A stretch of 63,979 nucleotides of DNA, the filler included, from an uncultured bacterium (GTDB lineage Bacteria > CAYJOG01): NCBI GenBank assembly GCA_964371695.1. It is 6 parts of 6 records of this genome, joined end to end, with 100 filler letters (N's around TTAATTAATTAA, not from the genome) between each part and the next. Parts side by side here need not be neighbours in the genome. Positions count along the whole stretch, not along the records: positions 56,214 to 63,979 come from CAYJOG010000115.1; 5 more parts are not named here. One strand, 5' to 3'. Position 1 is the stretch's first letter. Every line of letters starts with the position of its first letter. Both the position numbers and the translations under genes were made by a program. Positions 59,100-63,979 of the stretch are shown here, piece by piece. Under the pieces are notes generated by a model. That model was not told the DNA's origin. It worked only from the letters and a program-made list of their open reading frames with translations, and ran no database searches.

Positions 59100-60064
59100 G
59101 GTGTCACGGGCAGGGCGGGGCGGCCCAGAAACAGCAGCCCCACCGCCTGACGGGATTCGGCAAAACTCAGGCCCTCGCCCACAAAATCGTCCACTGGCAT
59201 GGCCGCTGGTCGGGGGAGATAGGTGTTGTCATAAAAGCCATATCGCAGTTCAAAGTGCAGGTGGGCGTCCAGGCGGGTGCCCAGCACGCCGTTGGTGGTG
59301 CCGGTGTTGCCCACCGCGCCAATCACCTGCCCTTTTTTGACGGGGCTGCCGGGCTGGAGTTCCGCCGCCACCGCGCTCAGGTGGCAATATCGCGCCACGC
59401 GGGATTTTCCCTGCACCACAGGCCCCAGCCGCACCCACACCTGACGGCCCCGCAACTGGTCCAGCGCCATGGGGGCCGTCAGGTCTTTCCAGTTCTGATC
59501 GGCCAGCAGTTTGCGGTGTTGGTCGCGGGTCATTTCGGTGTAGTCCCTGATCACACGAATCACCACGCCATCGGCCACCGCCAGGGCGGGTGTGCCAATG
59601 TCCACGCCTGCGCCGGTGTAAATACGTCCATAAAAATCCAGGCCCTCGTGAAACCCCTTGCGATAGGCCCGTGGCGCGCCGGGTAGGTGGTTGTCGCGGC
59701 CAGAGAGGTGCGCCCCGGCAATGGGCCAGGCCAGGGGCATCAGGTCCAGCCAGGGGGTGAGGGTGCGGCGCACTTTTTCGGGCAGTCCCGAAAAAGCCAG
59801 GGCCAGGGGCGGCTCAAGGGTGGGGACGCCTTCGGTGGGCAGGGGCGGCGTGATGTGAATGCTCAGGTTTTCCAGACGGTTCTGTTTGGGCTTGCTCTGT
59901 GTGAAACGGGGGTTGTCCTTGCCTGCGTTCTGGCTGCCGCTGAGCGCCCCAGGCTGGCCGCCACCGCTGGAGGAGACCCTGGTCATCTGGCAGCCCCCCG
60001 CCACCAGCACACCCGCAAAGCCCAGGCTCAGCACCCATGTGCGATACGCGAACAATTGTTTCAC
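59096..60064 (-). CDS. M23 family metallopeptidase lipoprotein
   Basis: Lipobox VAGG-C, HEGLD, YCHL, VGNTG, HLHFE; GTG start approximate. Confidence 0.88.
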   Translation of the reverse strand: MKQLFAYRTWVLSLGFAGVLVAGGCQMTRVSSSGGGQPGALSGSQNAGKDNPRFTQSKPKQNRLENLSIHITPPLPTEGVPTLEPPLALAFSGLPEKVRRTLTPWLDLMPLAWPIAGAHLSGRDNHLPGAPRAYRKGFHEGLDFYGRIYTGAGVDIGTPALAVADGVVIRVIRDYTEMTRDQHRKLLADQNWKDLTAPMALDQLRGRQVWVRLGPVVQGKSRVARYCHLSAVAAELQPGSPVKKGQVIGAVGNTGTTNGVLGTRLDAHLHFELRYGFYDNTYLPRPAAMPVDDFVGEGLSFAESRQAVGLLFLGRPALPVTP

Positions 60065-60191
60065 CCGGTCAGCGTAAGGGTGCAAAAAGAAGGGGTCAAT
60101 GGGCGGTATGAAACGGCTGTCTGACAGGGCGCCAACGGGGCGTACAAAAGTGCAAACTTTGGGCTGGATTCGTATAAACTGACCCGGCGAA

Positions 60192-60809
60192 ATGCCCGAT
60201 TTTCCGTGTCTGATATTGGCCACCGGCAACCTTTATAAGGTTGAGGAACTGAAGCCCCTGCTGGCGGGTGTGCCCGTGGTGCTGAAGGGCCTGAAGGATT
60301 TTCCTGAGGCGGCTTGTCCTGACGTGGAAGAAACCGGGGCCACGTTTGCCGAAAACGCCCGGCAAAAGGCCCTGGCTTATGCCGCGCGGTTGCCTTATAT
60401 CGTGTTAGCAGAAGACAGCGGCCTGTGTGTGGATGCCCTGGGCGGTGCGCCGGGGGTGTTGAGCGCCCGATTTGGAGAAGTACCCGGCGGCCCGGCCCTG
60501 ACCGATAAAGACCGCAACGCCCTTTTGCTGCAAAAACTCGCGGGCGTCACCCACCGCCGCGCCCATTATTTCTGCGCCATGTGTCTGGTGCAGGGGGAGC
60601 GGGTGCTGGCAGAGGTCTCCGGGCAGGTGGACGGCGAAATCGCCCTGAGTCCACAGGGAGAAGGCGGCTTTGGTTATGACCCCCTGTTTGTTCCCCAGGG
60701 ACATGAGCAGACCTTTGGCCAGTTGCCCGCTGCGGTTAAGGCCGCCATCAGCCACCGGGCCAGGGCGGCCCAGTCTCTGGCGGCTTGTCTGCAAAGGCTG
60801 GTGGCATGA
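60192..60809 (+). CDS. rdgB: Non-canonical purine NTP pyrophosphatase
   Basis: ATGN..K, EETGATFAENA, EDSGL, GFGYDP, KAAISHR. Confidence 0.95.
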   Translation: MPDFPCLILATGNLYKVEELKPLLAGVPVVLKGLKDFPEAACPDVEETGATFAENARQKALAYAARLPYIVLAEDSGLCVDALGGAPGVLSARFGEVPGGPALTDKDRNALLLQKLAGVTHRRAHYFCAMCLVQGERVLAEVSGQVDGEIALSPQGEGGFGYDPLFVPQGHEQTFGQLPAAVKAAISHRARAAQSLAACLQRLVA

Positions 60810-63800
60810 GGCAAAAGTTTGTTGCGGTGTTTGCCCTGTGGATGGGGGCGTGGCTGGCGGGGGCGCAGGTTTTTGCGTCAGCGCCGGTGCCATTTTATGA
60901 AGGCGCGCACGCCGGATTTCGCAACACGCAGGAAACTTTGGCCCGCCTCACATTTGTCAGGGGAGGCAAAAAAACGCCCCTGGCGGATTATCAGGAACCC
61001 CTGCGGCTGCTGGTGGAAGACCCGGACCAGACCGCCCCGCAACTGCGGGTGGTGTTGCAGACCGGCCTGGGCGACGCAGAAACACTCACACTCTGGCCGC
61101 TGCGGCCGGGTCTGTATGCCGCCGACGTGACAGCGCAAAAGGCAGAGGGCGGCTTTGTTCCCGGCAACGGGTTTCTGGAGGCCGGTTCCCGCGACACGGT
61201 GACGGCGATTTTTTCAGACGACACCCCGGGCGGCGGCAAACCCCTTCAGTCGGTGGCGGCGTCTTTTCGTCTGGCCCAGACCGGGCGGCTCACGGCGCAC
61301 CTGGCCGACGGCAGTGATCAGCTGACCTACGTGGTTCCCCAGGAGGGCGGCCTGCTGGTGCGGGTGCTGGATCAGGACGAAGACGAAGACGGGGCGGCCA
61401 AGACCGACACCGTGCCCGTGTTGTTTGAAACCCGTGCCGGTGACAAGGGTGTGCTGATGCTGGCCGAGACGGTGATCCCCGGCCGTTTCGAGGCCATTTT
61501 GCCCACGGCCCACGGCGTGGCCCAGCGCAACAACGGGCGGCTGGAACTGGCGGCGGAAGACGCGGCGACTTTTTCCTATCTGGACCTCGCCTCGGCCACC
61601 GGCAAAACACTCTCGGCGGTGTTGCCGCTTCAGTCGGCCCATGATGCCCACGCCTATCTGCGGGATGGCAAAAAAGAAGTGTTCGGCCTGCCGCTGGAAA
61701 AAAACGTCTCCCTGCTGCTCTCGGATTATGACCTGGACCACGATCTGAAAGGCGAAACGGACTCGGTGGAAGTGCTGCTGAGCACCTACCGGGGCGACAT
61801 GGAGCGCGCCCTGGCCAAAGAAACCGCCACGCCGGGGGTTTTTGAGGTCACGTTCATGACTTTTTATGGCCAACCGCTCATCAGCGACGGCCGGGTGTCT
61901 CTGCTGGGGGCGGACAGTCTGGCGGTGGAACTGGAAGACAAAAACAACGTGCATCCTTGGGCCCCCGTCACGCGCCGGTGGGTCTACGACGCCGCCAGTC
62001 CGGCGCAGCTCAGCGTGTCGGGCGTGAAGGGCGCGGTGCGTGGCCCCACCGAAGTGGTGTTTCAACTCAAGGACCTGAACCTGGACGAAGACGCCCTGCC
62101 CGCCACCGATTTTGTCATTCTTACCGTTCGCTCCGATCCGAGTGGTTATGAAGAAACAGTGCGATTTGACGAAACCCACGTGCCCGGCGAGTTTGAAGGC
62201 CGCCTGCCGGTGGGGTTCAAGCCCGACCTCACCGGCTCCATGGCGGTGGAGCCGGGGGATTTTCTGGTGGCGGAATACACCGATGAAGTCTCCTGGCCCA
62301 GCCCGCAGCCCAAAACCCTCACGGCGCGGGTGCAGGTGCTGGACGACCCCACGGTGACGGTTGTCGCCGCCAGCAGGACGCTTTCGGGCAACCGCCTTGC
62401 GCTGAACGAAGCCACCCAGGTGGTGTTGTCGGGGGACGGCCTGAAGTATTGGAACAACGCGCCTCAAAAACTGGAGGGCTGGTGGACCGCTCCGGGCGGT
62501 GAAAAGGAAAAAGCCGTTTTCATGCAGACCCGCGAAGGAGCCTATGAGGCCACCCTGCTCACCCACCACACCCAGGCCAAACCGGGCAACGGCGCGGTGG
62601 AGGTGCTGGGCGGCGCGGACGTGGTGCTCAAGCTGGATTATCCCGGTTTGCCCACAAAGGGAAAACTCACGTTCCACCCTGGCCGCGACGCGGTGATTCA
62701 CTTGGCCGATGGTCGGGGCAAGGACAGCCGCCTGCCCCGCGTGCTTTACAGCGCCGGGCCGCTTTCCGTGACGGTGGTGGACCTGGACAGGGACACCGAC
62801 GGAAAGGGCGGCACCGACACGCTCACCGTGGAGTTCGCTGCAGGCACGGCCAAACCCGGCCACAAAAACAAAGCCATGAAGGGCGATGTGGAGCAGGTGC
62901 GGCTTAAGGAAACCAACAAACCCGGTGTGTTCAAGGGGCTGGTGGCTGTGGCCGCAGGCAAAGGCAAGGCCGCAGACGACGTGTTGAGTGGTCTGGCGGA
63001 CCTGGGTGTGACGGTGCGTTATGCCGACAATGCCCCGCTGTTGCTGAAATCCGGGGCCACGCTGGCCTATCTGCCGTTCTGGTCGGGTCAGGCGCGCCAT
63101 GTGCTCAAACAGGGCCACACCACGCTGGAAGCAGGCCCCACCGGCGAAATGACACTCACGCTGCACGATCCGGACCTGGACCACGACGGCGCGCCCGCCA
63201 CTGAGCAGGTGAGCGCCACGTTGCGGCTGAAGGGGCAGGATGAAGAAAGCCTGACGCTGAAGGAAACCGACCTGCCCGGCGTGTTCAAGGCCACCATGCC
63301 CTATGCCATCGGCACGTGGTTTGACCGCGACGGCGTGGTGCAGTTCACCGGCATGGAGCCGGTGTTGCTGAGTTACGCCGACAGCGCCGGAAGAGAAGTG
63401 CTCACCACGCAGACCCCCGTGGTGCTGAACAACCCCACCGATCCGCAGCCCACCGGCCCGGCCGATGATTTTTTCCTCGTGGGTCTGGCGGACATCGTGG
63501 CGGGCAACTTCAACGTGCAGGGGGCCATTGCGCCGCTTGAGATCATGGACGACTTTCACCGGGGGCCTTATGGCGTGGGCAAGGCCAGTTTTTATGCCCT
63601 GGGCAAGATCAAGGGCGTCACGCTGCTGGAGGCCAGTTATGACAGCGAGCGCCGCCGCTCAGACGCCACCGCCAGCGCCACCCCCGCGCCCGACGCCTAT
63701 TACCCCGTTTATGGCGACACCTCGCACACCAGTTACGACGCCGTGCCCCTGGGCAAACTCTATGTGCGGGTGACCCGCAAGCTGCTGGATTTTGTGCTGG

Positions 63801-63979
63801 GGGATTACACCACCACCGCCAGCGCGGGGGAGTTTTTTACCTACACCCGTGCGCTCAGCGGCCTGAAGGCCCAATACACCCACCGCAAGGCCACCGTGCT
63901 GGCCTTTGCCGCCCAGGTGGGACACACCCAGGCGCTGGACCGCATTCAGGGCCAGGGGTTGAGCGGGCCGTATCAGTTG
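60806..63979 (+). CDS. Large secreted/outer-membrane repeat protein, open to the window end (more than 1058 aa)
   Basis: ATG overlaps the rdgB stop; signal peptide MRQKFVAVFALW..; repeats D.D.D.D..TD.V..L.ET..PG.F; YYPVYGDTS..GKLYVR region; absent from the ORF track because it has no stop. Confidence 0.85.
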   Translation, partial: MRQKFVAVFALWMGAWLAGAQVFASAPVPFYEGAHAGFRNTQETLARLTFVRGGKKTPLADYQEPLRLLVEDPDQTAPQLRVVLQTGLGDAETLTLWPLRPGLYAADVTAQKAEGGFVPGNGFLEAGSRDTVTAIFSDDTPGGGKPLQSVAASFRLAQTGRLTAHLADGSDQLTYVVPQEGGLLVRVLDQDEDEDGAAKTDTVPVLFETRAGDKGVLMLAETVIPGRFEAILPTAHGVAQRNNGRLELAAEDAATFSYLDLASATGKTLSAVLPLQSAHDAHAYLRDGKKEVFGLPLEKNVSLLLSDYDLDHDLKGETDSVEVLLSTYRGDMERALAKETATPGVFEVTFMTFYGQPLISDGRVSLLGADSLAVELEDKNNVHPWAPVTRRWVYDAASPAQLSVSGVKGAVRGPTEVVFQLKDLNLDEDALPATDFVILTVRSDPSGYEETVRFDETHVPGEFEGRLPVGFKPDLTGSMAVEPGDFLVAEYTDEVSWPSPQPKTLTARVQVLDDPTVTVVAASRTLSGNRLALNEATQVVLSGDGLKYWNNAPQKLEGWWTAPGGEKEKAVFMQTREGAYEATLLTHHTQAKPGNGAVEVLGGADVVLKLDYPGLPTKGKLTFHPGRDAVIHLADGRGKDSRLPRVLYSAGPLSVTVVDLDRDTDGKGGTDTLTVEFAAGTAKPGHKNKAMKGDVEQVRLKETNKPGVFKGLVAVAAGKGKAADDVLSGLADLGVTVRYADNAPLLLKSGATLAYLPFWSGQARHVLKQGHTTLEAGPTGEMTLTLHDPDLDHDGAPATEQVSATLRLKGQDEESLTLKETDLPGVFKATMPYAIGTWFDRDGVVQFTGMEPVLLSYADSAGREVLTTQTPVVLNNPTDPQPTGPADDFFLVGLADIVAGNFNVQGAIAPLEIMDDFHRGPYGVGKASFYALGKIKGVTLLEASYDSERRRSDATASATPAPDAYYPVYGDTSHTSYDAVPLGKLYVRVTRKLLDFVLGDYTTTASAGEFFTYTRALSGLKAQYTHRKATVLAFAAQVGHTQALDRIQGQGLSGPYQL

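Overview
GC-rich bacterial draft or MAG sequence made of six unrelated contigs, each about 11 kb and in decreasing length order. They are joined by artificial N-TTAATTAATTAA-N linkers at 11232, 22512, 33763, 44964 and 56114, so gene context across a linker is meaningless. Housekeeping genes: lgt, lspA, xseAB, ilvC, transaldolase, partial pyrH, dxs, rplS, lepB, radA, partial miaA, rdgB. Other content: a split B12 acyl-CoA mutase with isobutyryl-CoA mutase signature residues, a chemotaxis operon (frameshifted MCP, two atypical receivers), two giant secreted repeat proteins, tandem B12 radical SAM genes, a low-GC Panacea toxin-antitoxin islet bounded by 15-bp direct repeats, and a REP-associated tyrosine transposase. 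The intergenic DNA is unusually dense in several palindromic repeat families. The most striking signal is a roughly 160-260 bp five-hairpin element with about 10 full or partial copies across all six contigs. Its stems covary, its loops match the CsrA/RsmA motif CANGGANG, and its terminal arms differ between copies. One copy sits in frame inside an LD-carboxypeptidase (adding 61 aa) and another supplies the C-terminus and stop codon of dxs. No rRNA, tRNA or CRISPR array was recognised.
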